A stretch of 64,000 nucleotides of DNA from Podarcis melisellensis (Eukaryota): NCBI GenBank assembly GCA_964234715.1, contig OZ174285.1; one strand, given 5' to 3'. Of the stretch, positions 34,418 through 47,200 are shown one piece after another. The translations under genes were made by a program, and so were the position numbers. A model generated the notes under the pieces. The model saw nothing but the letters and a program-made list of their open reading frames with translations. It was not told where the DNA came from and searched no databases. Positions within the stretch are counted from its first letter, which is position 1, and each line of letters opens with the position of its first letter.

Positions 34418-36129
34418 AGATCCTGGAAGTATCACCCAAAACATGCCACCCTGAGTTCCATGATGGGAGGGAAGAGGGAGGAGGAACAGAGTTGTCTAGC
34501 TGTATTTTTATAAAGAACATATTCCATATAAATTTAGCTGCAGAATTGGACAGAACTGGCTAAATGTACTGCCGTGTAGTTCTGAGTCAAATTCTTTGCT
34601 AATGTGCCACTTATATGTAGCATGCAAAAGGGTTCTAGTTTTTTCTGCTTTATTATTGTAAAGAATATTTGCCAACATATGTTGAAATGTCAAGTAAGCA
34701 GATGTAGAAATTAACTCCAGCATCGAAACAGTAATTTGAGAGGTGACATTCTTGAATAGTAAAGTACTTAAAAAGCAAAGGCTTTTGCGTGAAAACTTGT
34801 ATGCCACCAAAACTGAAGTTATTTGCAGCCGTTGACTGAATCAGTGACTTGCAAAGTTAATATTCTCTGACTCAACGCTAACGCAGGCCCTGTTTTAATA
34901 CCTAAATGACTCAACAGACCAATCCAAGGCATACACTATTTTTTACATTAAGCAAATAATAAATGCTGTAAGTAAAAATTAAACACAATTTAATTGGAAG
35001 CACCTTACATGAGTTTCAAATGGAATGTCCAAGTAAGCATTCAGAGCCAGAAGAATCTGTTCAAGCATGTCCACCCCCAGGAATGAATCTGAAAATTGGA
35101 GGCTAAAGCTTACAGATTTGTGCTCATGACTTGCAGCTTTTTATTTTACCTGAAACTTATCTCTTTTTTTTGTAATTTGGAACTAGATCAGTGTATGATG
35201 CATAAAACAATTACTTTCTTGAATACAAAAGTGCCGCCAATTTGTTGAAAGTGCTCTTTTAAAAAACACCTAAAATGTTGCTTTGCATCAGGATCCTTCT
35301 AAATTAAAGAGAGCACTTAAGTTTTGTAACTTTGTTGGACAATTGTTAAGGAACTTTACAAGCCACAAAGAATCAGAAAGCTCTCCAACCTGAAAGGCAT
35401 GGGTTTTTCTGAAAGCTTAATAGGGACATAATTGAATTACATAATAACTTCTTATAGATTGTGATTACCCCTCACATCAGCACTACATTGAAAATATAAC
35501 TTGACTTTCAGGGCGTACATAATAATAAAGCAAAAAACAAATTGAGAATGGGCTATAAGAGTAATGTGTTCGTTTAGCAAATAACTAATGTACAGAATGG
35601 TCTGCTAGGTAAAATGACCAAGACAAAGGCCCAAGAAACAATTGGCAACTCTGTTGGGGGAAATTGAGTACTAAAAAGAGATAAGCTTCAATGAACCTGA
35701 AACCTTTACTACTTAGACATTATTTGATCCGGTCATTAATGCAAGCCAGCTGCAATTTGATACTAGTGTATTTCTACCATGAAAAATAATGCCAGCTCCT
35801 CTTGGTTGGGACTGTAAATCTGAGTGAGTAAATGAGTGTTGAACTGCAGTTAAGTGCCACGTTGACTGCAATGTGTGTATTCTACTTGGATTCTTTAAAA
35901 TGTTTGTCAACTTAGTAATGTATGAAAGATCACTTACTCTTTGAAGAAATCATCTAGCTGAAATTGCTGTGATGAGCATATCTTAATAGACTCTTATCCA
36001 ACCATATGCATATGAAAATTATGTATCTTTGAGTGTTTTCTTATGTAAATGTTAAGATTGTATCAAGGAGTATATCAAGAGAACCCATGGCACAAAGCAG
36101 AAAGTGTGGCCTCGGATCAACACTGCCAG

Positions 36130-36372
36130 AACAGCAATACACAACATGGTTGTGTCCTTCCACAAGAACATGCATGGCACCATCCAGTATGATGGCTTAT
36201 CCTCTGACATCTTACTTATAAAGAGCTCATTTGCCCCAGTGCAACAAAGCATGTCTCTCCTGTATTGGTCACTACAGCCACAGCAGGTGCTGTAACTCTC
36301 CAACAGTTTGACTTTACCCCCAAAGATGGACTCCTCTATTGTCTCCAGAGACAAACGGATTCCAACACACAA
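36130..36372 (+). mobile_element. Internally deleted RTE-clade LINE: RT fragment joined to the 3' end
   Basis: HNMVVSFHKNMHGTIQYDGLSSD (RTE RT), then a decayed terminal zinc-finger region (tgcaacaaagcatgtctctcc...tacagccacagcaggtgctgt) and a caacacac tail. Confidence 0.75.
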
Positions 36373-36889
36373 AAACTCTGGAATTTTGATAACTTGGTAA
36401 CCTTTGTCATTGAACCAGTATTTTTCCTCTCTCCAAAGCAGGGAGCTATAGAAATTCTCAATTTGTTGTAAACAAAGATTTATCTATCTTTTGCAAAACA
36501 GGTAGCTACAGGTGGCACGAGAAGATATAGGAGGAATATTTGAAATTTGGAAAGCATTTAATCTCACCCCATTTCAAGTCGTGCTCCAATGCACTTTTTC
36601 TTTAAACATGGTAGCCACTTTCCCCTTCAGACTTCACAATAATGAAAGGTTACATGTATGTATCAAGTGTTATATTGCACTTCGTTATATAGAAGCTGGC
36701 AGCCATCTAAAACTCTATGAAAAGTTTAAGAATAAAATAAATGCAGTTTATTAAAACTGCAACTTTAGTTTAAATATTGATAGCAAGTGGAACAGAATGA
36801 AACCTTTAAAAAAAACACACATACAGAATACTTCTGGTTTACAATATTAAACACTAAACCTTACATGAAAAGTTCATGCTTGTCTTATA

Positions 36890-37240
36890 CCTGATGTTGT
36901 CAATTAAGGCATGTGATCTTGGCTTAGTCAAGAAGAAAGCTAGATCCAACGTGAGCTTCAAGCGCCAGGCGCAGTCGGCTTTTATCCTTAGCCAATGGGC
37001 CAGATCAAGAACTTCCATGCTCAGGTCCACTGGCCAGACTCTGTCCAATCGGCTGCTTATGATTGGCCAGTTTAAACTTTAGACTAGGAGGGCTATCCCA
37101 CCCTGCAATGCGATCAGACAGGGAATTTGCAACAGCTGGTTCCTGGGACTTGACTCCTTGCAGCCCTGGGAAAGGAGGGCAGCCCGCGAGGGTTTGCAGC
37201 CACTGTCCACTGGAGCAGGGTAAGTGGCCATTATGTTACA
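36890..37240. mobile_element. Possible LTR-like remnant
   Basis: GC- and CpG-richer island with several CCAAT/ATTGG boxes, ending tgttaca. Boundaries unclear. Confidence 0.3.
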
Positions 37241-37829
37241 ACTAAACACATAAAATTTCCTTCCAGTATTAGGCAGGATTCATTTGATGTTCTTCGGCTT
37301 ATCCAATTTTAGTATGAAACATTAACTGGAGATATTCCACATGAAGAACTGCAGAGTTGATGGAGCCACCTAATCAAAACAAATTTACCTTGGCAGATTT
37401 GTCAACATCAGTGAAGTCTGCTTTTAGCTAAGGCCCTAGAAGTTTTGCAGAATTTCTTGTTTTAATATAAATTTGGGTTCCCACCCCTTCCCTTTTCCCA
37501 CTTACAATTGTGTAAAGACATTTCACATCATTTTATAGAAGTTAAAGATGAAAGTGCTGTGACTTTGCTTTGAAAATACTGACAATTCCACAATGCAAGC
37601 CCCAGAGTCTGTAGATACAAGCATCACATTAGCAGTCCACGAATTACCGATGAAAAATTCATGCCACTGTAGTAACTTTCATATTGGCAAAAGTCAGACA
37701 GAAGTGAAAACAGCATATTTAACAGAGAAATCTCTAAATATTCACATAATGATGATGATCTCTGAGACACTTCACTCCCCCTCAACTGAGGATTGCATTG
37801 TACACAAAAAAGAGGAAGGAAAAGTCTCT

Positions 37830-38440
37830 ATCTGCAGCCCAAATTGGTGGTGCAGCTTTCTGTATCACTTATTCCTTGTCTTACTTCCATAAAGCAGTGT
37901 GTGCTCAACACACAAGCATGGTAGACCTTTACCTTGGTATTGGTTGTTAGCATCACATTCTCCCCAACCCTCTTGGAGAGGTGAGCCACTGCTGTTGACT
38001 GCCTTGACAATATGTTTGTCCAGCTCAGCATTGATAGAGAAGTTGCTGGTTATGGTGGAATCTAGGGAAACAAAATCATCTACAGCTTGGGCTGCAGAGC
38101 TTCCTGGAAGTGCGCTGTAAATACTGTGCCAGGTTGAACAGACCCCCGTTGTTCCACCATCTTCAGTTGAGCTGAAGGCAGAACAGAGCAACAAGGCAAA
38201 GTATATGCCAAAGAGAGTTGGAGCAGAAACACAGCTCTGTTTCACAGCACTCTTTATAGAGAAGGCATCAGAGTATGAACTATCATACTGGAAGGTGCCA
38301 TGGATGTTCTCGTGGAAGGACACAATTATATTGTGGAGCTTAGGTGGGCATCCTGTCTTATTGAGCAGTATGAAGAGTCCTTTTTGGCTGACAAGGTCAA
38401 AGGCTTCCATCAGGTCTATGAAGGTGATGTACTCCTACCA
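37830..38440 (-). mobile_element. RTE-clade LINE RT fragment with internal deletions
   Basis: ORF 37865-38410: AFDLVSQKGLFILLNKTGCPPKL...SAVKQSCVSAPTLFGIYF, then ELDKHIVK and LLYGS. Confidence 0.9.
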
Positions 38441-40134
38441 CACTTAACTGTAGCACGATCTTTGATAGAGGAATATGTTTTTTTGCTGTAAGTAGCTAAG
38501 ATCTTTTTGCTTTGAACATAGGCAAGAACCTTCTTAATCCAATGAGAATTAGGCTAAAGCTATTCCACTGTACGTTCCATTAAGTCTTTAAGGTGCCACA
38601 AGACTATGTCACTTATTCTACACTTTTTTTAGTACGTTAGAAAAATCTCACAATAGAGACATTTTCAGAGGTGCAAAAATTGCCACTATAGTCTCCAGGT
38701 ATCAAGGTGGATGGGTTGAGCTGACAGAATTATGTTAAGGCCTAGTTTGCATGACACATGCAGGCTTTCAGAGAGGAGCTTGCAGCCACTGCCATGGGAT
38801 AGTGGCTGGATGGAATGTCAGCTCAGGTGCCTCTGCAAGAGGAATTCCTTCCTTCCTCCTGTACTGCATTCAGGCATTGTTCCCCCGCCCCACAAACAGC
38901 CAAGAGGGTGACCTGCACTTGGCTGCCACCTTAAATAGGCCAAGCACAGGCTGTGCGCAGCTCCCAAGCCCCTTCCACTGATTGGCTCTGTGGGTGCTGC
39001 CCGCCCATACCTGAGAGGATCGTTGTGGCTGGGGGTGAATGGTAGCTGGTAACCATCTCCTTCCCTTGCTACACTAGATGATGAAGGCCTACCTGGACCC
39101 ACCACGGCTGTGCCATGCATCAAAACGTTTCCCCCCCGGAGTCCCAGATGAGCTGTTATTCCCTCCCCCTGTACTCCAGGCATTGTTTGTCCCCAGTGAT
39201 GTCACTGTATAATCATATCTGGTTTGACTGCGTGATCATCACCAGGTTTACTGATGTAGCTGCAAGAAAGGAGCACAAATTCTAAAAAAAAGCTGATACT
39301 AATCTCACAGAAGATTGAATCAAGTGCTTTGTGTGGATGGCTTCAGCATCAGTTTCATTTCATTTTTCCCCTCAAAGATGTTGTAATTAAATATATGAAA
39401 ATGATGCATCTTTTATTATTAGCTCTTTCTCCATTGGTTGTGATCCTTCATTTAAAGTTGAAATCTTAGGTTGCCCAGCAACATTGCAGTCCTGTGTATT
39501 TATCTCTTATTAAAAACAAGGTAGCTTTCTATTTGCACAGGTGTGTTTAAAATGGCTGGACAAGAATCATTCTACGATTTTAAGAATTAAAGGGTGTTTT
39601 TTGTGAGTCTAGACTCCCATATTTTATACATTTTTTTCCATTTTATACATTTTAGCATGTATGGTTTTATTTTGGACTTGGGCTTGGTATGGATCATTTT
39701 GGATGTTCTAAAACTATTAGAATTATGTGATCATTGGTTCCCAGAAATATAATAAAATGAATCTGAACCCAGACTACCACATTATGCCTACATTTCCATA
39801 GTGTTATAAAGGATATAGCAGTTACATCCCTTCTTTTTTAAACGCCTATTTGCTTCATAGGTTATAGTCTACTTTATGGTAATAACTCAAAAGGGTGAAG
39901 CATGACTGCTCATGAGGAGGCAAGTCATCTGTGCATTGAGGTTTTTTTTAAAATGTAGCTGTTAATTTTTTAATTTATTGGTCTTGTTTTTATGGGTTCT
40001 GTATGTTTTTTCTGTTTATATTTATTATTATTTATTGTGTTGTTACCCAATGTGGAATTGAACAATTCAGTGAAGAGTGGGTTAACAACAACAACAGCAA
40101 CAGCAACATTGAATTTCTGTTTGGAAATAAGGAT

Positions 40135-40748
40135 GGAGGACATTCTTTGATAGAGATGATGCATTCTACTGGAAAGATCAGGCAGGCCTTTTGCCTCCTC
40201 TCTAGGAGGAGGAGGAATCCTCTTTCACCAGACCAACTGGCAGAGTGGACAACTCCCCGACCCCTAAACGATTATTCAGCTGGAACCACATTGATGACTG
40301 GAACCTAACTGTTACAATGCTACGGATAACAGGAAAGAAAACGGGGAACTAACAAAGGAGACAGAAGTAACAAAAGAACCTAACAAGAAAAGACAGAAAT
40401 CTCAATTAAGGAGCAAAAACCTAAGGAAGGGAAAGGAAGCCCTAACAGTATGTGAGGCAGCAACAGAAGGCATAACCCACACTCATCAAGATTGTCAGTA
40501 GAGGCAGGAGTGGAGGGTGGAACATACTAGATCTCCAAACAGAAATTCATAGTAAGAACATGTTTTCATTTTTGTGAGATGAGCCCGGAGGATATTCCTT
40601 GACAAGGAACATACCAGAGCAGTTTCCTAAGCCAAGGCAGGCTTCCTCTACCCCCACCCCCATTCCTTGTTCCTCTCAGTGTTTTGGAGAACCTTTGCAC
40701 TGAAAGCATTGTCCAAGGAGGCATCATCCCTATCAAGAGATGTCCTCC
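40135..40748. mobile_element. DIRS-like (tyrosine recombinase retroelement) non-autonomous remnant
   Basis: 28-bp inverted arms at 40135-40162 and 40721-40748 plus an internal third copy at 40587. The minus strand at about 40676-40722 reads ASLDNAFSAKVLQ, similar to DIRS YR C-termini as recalled. Confidence 0.55.
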
Positions 40749-41931
40749 AATTTTGTCTCATAAACAGACAGTAGTATAATTTTAGGATTATAATCTGCTT
40801 TATACCATTGCAGAGGGTTTATGTCACTTCCCACATATCACTTAATTATCCATAAGTTTTAATAGATGAATTCATTGATTATATCTGCAGAAACTTGCAT
40901 ATAAATAAAAGTCACTCTTAAATAAGATGCATGGCAGGCACCATGTTAAGATGTCTTCTCTGAAAAAGAGGCAGAAGAATACCTTCTAAGATAGCGACTG
41001 TATATGTTTGTAATACATTTTCTCATTTGCTGTACACCACTTACGGAAATTTATATATTAAGCAGTAATATTTTAAAATAAAATGAATCTGCCTCGTGGG
41101 TTTTTCCATGAAAATATGTTTTTAACACAAGTAAACATTTATTTTAAGTCTCCTTCTTTAAGTTTACTGTGCGATTGGTAGTTATTATAATATTTTTGTT
41201 AATCGACTAATCTGTTCTTAATTACAGTGAACTGGGGAGGGGACGATATTTGTTTTCAAATACTTGTGCCTTGTTTCACTTCTGAAAAGATTCCTTATAT
41301 CAACTTCCGTGAACAAATGAACTGTAACATTTATTATCTCTTTAGTGTTAGTGTGGCTACAGAAGACTCAAGTTTTATTTGCCTAGTGCCTGCTTTGTTA
41401 TCCAAGCTCAGTTGTTAGGGCTCCAAAGCTATTTTCCTATCCCAGTAGTAATCCAAATGCTGGTCTCAGTTGTTCCTGTTGACTTCTGAATCAGTACTGT
41501 TTAAAGTACACTTCCCAAGAAGCCTGTAAGTTTCTCAATTCCTGACTGCCCTCACATGAATCCTTGGAAGGATCATGGTGGCAAGCTGCTGCTGCTGCTG
41601 CTGCTAATGTTAATAACATTGAAAACATTGTCTTGTGTGAGTCCTTGAAGCTTTGGGACACTTCTTTGCCAAAATTACAAAATTCACAGATGGCTCTGCT
41701 GCTATGAGAGAAACGGTGACTAAACTCTAGGCTTTGAAAAGTATCAATTTTTTCTTTTTGCCTGAGATAAAGTGGGTTGCCCTGTGTAAGAACTGCTGAA
41801 AGCAACAGATTTAAGAACATGTTTAATAGTTTTTTCTGTGCCAGAAATGGGAAATTATTGTGTATAATACTCTATTTTGCATATTGTCATTCAAGGAAAT
41901 CTAAATACCTTGTCGTTCTCTTTGGTTCCAG

Positions 41932-42051
41932 CTCTTCCTCTTTGTGACCTGGAATTTTGAGCTGTACATGATTCCTCTGACACTGTTGCTACTGTTGGTG
42001 TGGAACTATTTCCTGATTATTTCAGGGAAAGATAATAGACAACGTGATACG
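41932..42051 (+). CDS. MCTP1: MCTP1 exon, first hydrophobic membrane segment: LFLFVTWNFELYMIPLTLLLLLVWNYFLIISGKDNRQRDT
   Basis: Acceptor ttctctttggttccag, donor gtaagt at 42052, 120 nt, phase 0-0. Not in the supplied ORF track; read directly from the sequence. Confidence 0.97.
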
Positions 42052-44089
42052 GTAAGTGTCTCTTAAACTTTTTTGCTGTGGGGGCAGAGGGCAGAAGACA
42101 CTTCTCTTCATGGAGGCAGAACTTTGAAGTGGAATTTAAGCAATAAGCCTATTTGGGTGCTGGTTCACCCCTGGAGAGACATTAAGTGATTGCCTCTTAG
42201 GCTTTGCAGTTCTACCACACTCCTCACATAATAAGAAGTTGAACATCCAAACAAGAGACTCCGTAAATATGAGGACCTTTCATGAATTGCTGCCGTCCTT
42301 TTTAAAATCCCAAGGAAACTGTGGAAAACACCAGAGACCTGGTGCAAAGTTGTGGATGCCAGAACATAAAATCTTGGCATGTACCTCCTTCCAGCACTTC
42401 TCTGATGAAAATGGGGACAATGGGTGGAGTTCGGGGCAGAATCTGGGAACCCAACAGCGTTGACAGTGGCAGGGCAACACAATCTTGACTTGGAAGTGCA
42501 AGGGGAAACTAAAAGCACATGAGATAGATGGCTCCGGTTGACAGAAAAACAGTGCTGTATGCAGATCAAATAACAAATGCATATTTATTAAAGAGTATTG
42601 GTCTAATTTTATAAAACATAGCAATAAGTGACTAGCTGAAGTCCAGTTAATAGATGGTAGATAATAATTATGTACAGGCAGCTACCATTTTGCACAGGGG
42701 TTCAGTTCCTGATCCTTGCATGCGTTGGCAGATTACACATAAGCCCACCCTGTTCTGCCACCATTCTGCCTTCTTCTGAGTCCAGAAAACCCCTGTGTAG
42801 GTGGACATGTTTCAGTTGGGTGCGTGTAAAATGGTTGCTGCAGTTAGAAGCATTTATGAGTACAGGTAACTTGCAGCTTGGGCACATTTAACTTACACAA
42901 TTTCAGCTTTATGCACCTGATGGATGGCCGTTTGAAATCACACAAACTGAACATAAGGAAAGCGGAGAACTTAAAAAGCTCTTTTTGCACAGGATATTCC
43001 CAGTGCGGAAAGAGTTTTTAAGCTTTCCACCTCGCTTACTGGGGTTTAGGAGGCCTTTCTTGGGGGATGAGACCCACTCAGTGCACTAGCTCCGGAAGGT
43101 AAGATTACTCATACAGGGGTGGTTCTAAGGGGTTATTTTGACATTCACAATAAGTTGAAAGTTATCTGTACCTTGGAGCACATGTACGTAGAGGGCTGAG
43201 TCAAGCATTCCCTTGGCCCAGCATACCCAAATTCATGGAGGTTGTCTTTATATTTCAGTGGCTATTAGCCACAGTGGCCGTATTGAGCCTTCATGTGCTT
43301 CCTGGAGTCAAGAATAGGAAACAGAAAAGTGGGCCGGGTGAATCATTGGTTTGATTCACCAAGCTTCCTTTTCTGTTCTTATTCCTCTTTAACATGCTGA
43401 TATGCATTAAAGAAAATTAAAATGCAGCATCTCAGAAGGCCTTTGCCCATAGAATGCCTCTCCTACATAACAATCTCAGTTTCCCAATCAATTCCAGCAT
43501 GAGAGCCTGTAATAATGCTTCAGATCAATGACATTATTCACCAAGTTGCTGTCTGATTATGACAGATGGACCAATCTTGTCTCGTCACTTTTAAGTGGCA
43601 GGGAAACATTTTCCACCTATATGTATGCTTTGTTCTACTTTGTAGTATTTTTAACTAATTTTCTAATGGCTTAAAATTTTCTTTTATTTCTGAGTGTTAC
43701 TACGTGTCCAAGGGCAAATACCATTAATCTTTTTTTGTCTCAGTCTAGATACAAAATGGTTGCCTTTTTACAGCAATATATAAAAATAGATAAATAAATA
43801 AATAAAGGAGAGGGGTTTGCCTTGTGGGACAAGGAATAGGGCTTCTTCAGTTGTGGAACATCTTCTTTGGAACTCCCCTTCTCAATGAAACATGCTTTGT
43901 TGTGTATTACATAGGTGATACTGAGTTATAGGGAAGGACCTCAGTAGCATGTTCTAGATAGGGATATTTCTATTTAGAAATATTTATTTCACTTTATTTC
44001 TACTTTATTTCTTTCTCCTAATGATAAAGCTCTTTGGCCTGCTAAGGGCCTCCCCTTTGTGGCCTCTTTTCTTTTCACTCGTTCTAGAA

Positions 44090-44218
44090 CAGGCATAGGC
44101 AAACTTCGGCCCTCCAGATGTTAGGGACTCCATCATCCCTAGCTAACAGGACTAATGGTCAGGGATGATGGGAATTGTAGTCCCAAACATCTGGAGGGAC
44201 GGAGTTTGCCTATGCCTG
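44090..44218. mobile_element. Second copy of the palindromic hAT MITE family of 3663-3795
   Basis: Same TIR caggcataggcaaact ... agtttgcctatgcctg. TSD ttctagaa/ttctaggt (6 of 8). Confidence 0.92.
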
Positions 44219-47200
44219 TTCTAGGTCAGTCTTGGAGAAAAGGAAACAGAATGGAACTCAACTTAGAATCGGTCAAAAGTATTTATGAGCTGAGTTGAAA
44301 TTGAAAGGGATATTTGACTCTGATTACAAAAGTTCACTATGTGTTTTTGAACTGTCACCACCGCCCCCAGTTCTGAAACTTGACAATAAAACAACTGTTA
44401 CGGTATATATTTTGGTCTTCTCCCTAAGTTTCTGCCAATCTTTCCTTATCATTCTGTTAGTAATGTAAATAGAAACTACAACACAAAACAGTGGTGCCAC
44501 TGATATAGCCCAGGTGTGGGTCACAGTTTCTCAGTTGAACACTATTTTAAAATTATTCATTTGTGGGGAGGGGTTTCAGTTTATCATAATTAGCTGCAGC
44601 TTTTCCAGTATCTCAAGGTAGTTATCAAATTAATAAATCAAATATTTGATTAGGATGCAGTTCTATGCAGAAAGAATGGTGATGTGCCTTCCCCATTTAT
44701 CTTTGCAATGCAAATAAGGAAGTCCCAGTTCCTACACTTGTTTGGTGCTGCAGTCCACAGAGAGTTCCTCATTCACGCACTGCACTTCCCTGTCCCCCAT
44801 ATAAAGTTCCCTTAGAGCAATTCAACTCTCACCTCCTGTGTTTATGCAGTGTTTTTCTCATGACTGAAGGCTAGTTTTCAAACAGGGTAGTCGCCATGTT
44901 TGGGGGCAGTCTTCTTTCAGGGCGAAAATGCTATATTGCTCCCACAAGCAATAGAATGTGTAAATACACGGTTGAGGCTGACCGTGTAAAGCATGTCTCC
45001 ATCCTTATTATGACTGCTGGGCAGTCCATTTGTGCCCTCAGACTCTGAAGTCATGCCATAAGTTTGAGCTGCCCAACTAAGGCCTGTAGTCCTATCCCTT
45101 TTATCTAGCCGATTGAATGCAATAGGACATACTTTTGAGTAGACCTGGCTAGGATTCTCTTGTATATAATAATATTAATAGGAAGAAGTGAAACAATGTT
45201 TTCATAACTGTTTATATGAAACATGCTTAACTGCTAAGGTCCAAGTTCCTAACTGATCCCAGCTCCATGATACTAAAATCTCACTTGATAAACTATATTA
45301 ATTCATTTGTCCCAATCATGCATACTTTGAAATCTCCCTTGAATTTATGGGTAATCGTAAATGTGCAGTTTGGGGATATGTGTACAAGAAAATTACAGTG
45401 GACTTTAAAATCCTTTAGATGGAGACATAGTTCAAATAAACATTCAATATACTGCATAGTTCTTTGTGAAAAAGGTGAGAAACAGCACACAAACTCATTA
45501 AAGATATATACAAGTGTAGATTTGCAGTAGTCTTGGTATTAACTGTACTAGCATAAAGAGCACATTAAGCTAATAATTAAAATTGCATATTGCAAATTAC
45601 TTTGGATTTACTGTAGTGCCTGTTTATACTACATAGATCTCAATTGTTTTAAAAATCCGTTGATCATACAAGGCTATTATGTAATGAATTGAATGCACCA
45701 CAAGTGAAATCCCCACTTCCTATGAGATGTCTGCCTAAAATTACAACATTAACATTTTCCTTTCCCAGACTAAAGCAATGAAACTTTTGAAAGCATTTCT
45801 TAAAAGATAAAGATGCCTGTCTTTCCACTGCAAAGTACCAGTGCTGCTTTCTTTCAACTTGCTGCCTTATGTAGAGCAATATATTCAACCTTTAGTGGCA
45901 AGCTCATCATATTAATTATGACATCTAATGGTTCAGTTACCTTGATGACTATGGTAGATGAGATAGCCCAAGGTCAAATGTTTAATAGCGGCTTGGTTTT
46001 ATTCATGCTGCCATGGGTTTTCCAAATACTGTTGCAGATATGCTATACAATTAACATCAATTGTTTATAAATGCCTTCTAGAATTTCTACCTGTGTGTAG
46101 AAGCAGGCTTTACATGCCTAGCCTGGGGATAACATTGTGCACAGGAAAGCACATCCAACATAGGTTGTGAGCCTGGTAACCTCAATACTTTGCTTAAGCA
46201 GCTTGAGCCTGCATGTGCTCTGACCACAGGTGCATATGTTTATCTTGAAGCTGCCATTCTGTAAGAGATGGATGTTTTGTTTCAATTACGGCATTTTAAA
46301 AAGTTCTTCTTCCACTGTTCTGTGTGAGAGAAGCAGATGCCCTGTTGTGAAAATGACCACATAAGACTCTGATATTAGGCTTATTGACTGTAGGGAATCT
46401 TCAGCTTGACCTAAAGTACTTTCAGATGACCTGCAATAGTCTGAGTGGTTTTACACATCCTCTTCAATCCATGCACATTCAATAATTTTATATTATAATT
46501 ATGTGTAAGCACTGTAAATCAACTGACACGCAGACACATATTGTGGTTTAGATTTTGCAGAGACAAATGGGAGGGCAGGGAATTAAATCAGCTCCAGATT
46601 CCTCACGAATCCCTTTGTGTCCCTAGAGTAGAAACATTGACTCAGGACCCAGTTCTGTTTCCTTTATTGAATAAAAAAATAGTGTCAGGCCACAGTTTCA
46701 TATTATTTTAGGTTGAAATAAATATACAGTATATGCAAATACAGTATTTGTTTTGGTAAGTTATGTTAACTTCTGTGTACTTTCAAAAAACAGGTGTGCT
46801 CTGAATGATGTCGGAGTGCTCCAGGATTATCCAGCATTTCACTAGTTGAGATGCCTACACTTTTTATCATTTTTCAACTATTGAGAATACCCACATGACT
46901 TGTGATTTTCTGTAGCTTTCATACTTTATATTATGCAATTTATTCAGAATTGTTGTATGGCTTTTTAACTTAGGCATTTTTCTGTAGCTTTTTGGTAAAT
47001 ATTAAAGTCAGCACTATTTTTATTATATAAATGCAGGACCATGATGGTGGTACAACAGTTAATAAAACAGGACTGCCTATCTTTGTATGGGAAACATTTT
47101 TCTGTGTTGACTGCCAAGTGACAAAAAGGGCCATTCTGCATTTTATTCATTTCAGAGGTTTACCCGGGTTTGACACCCAAGTGAAGAGTCCATACAGCGT

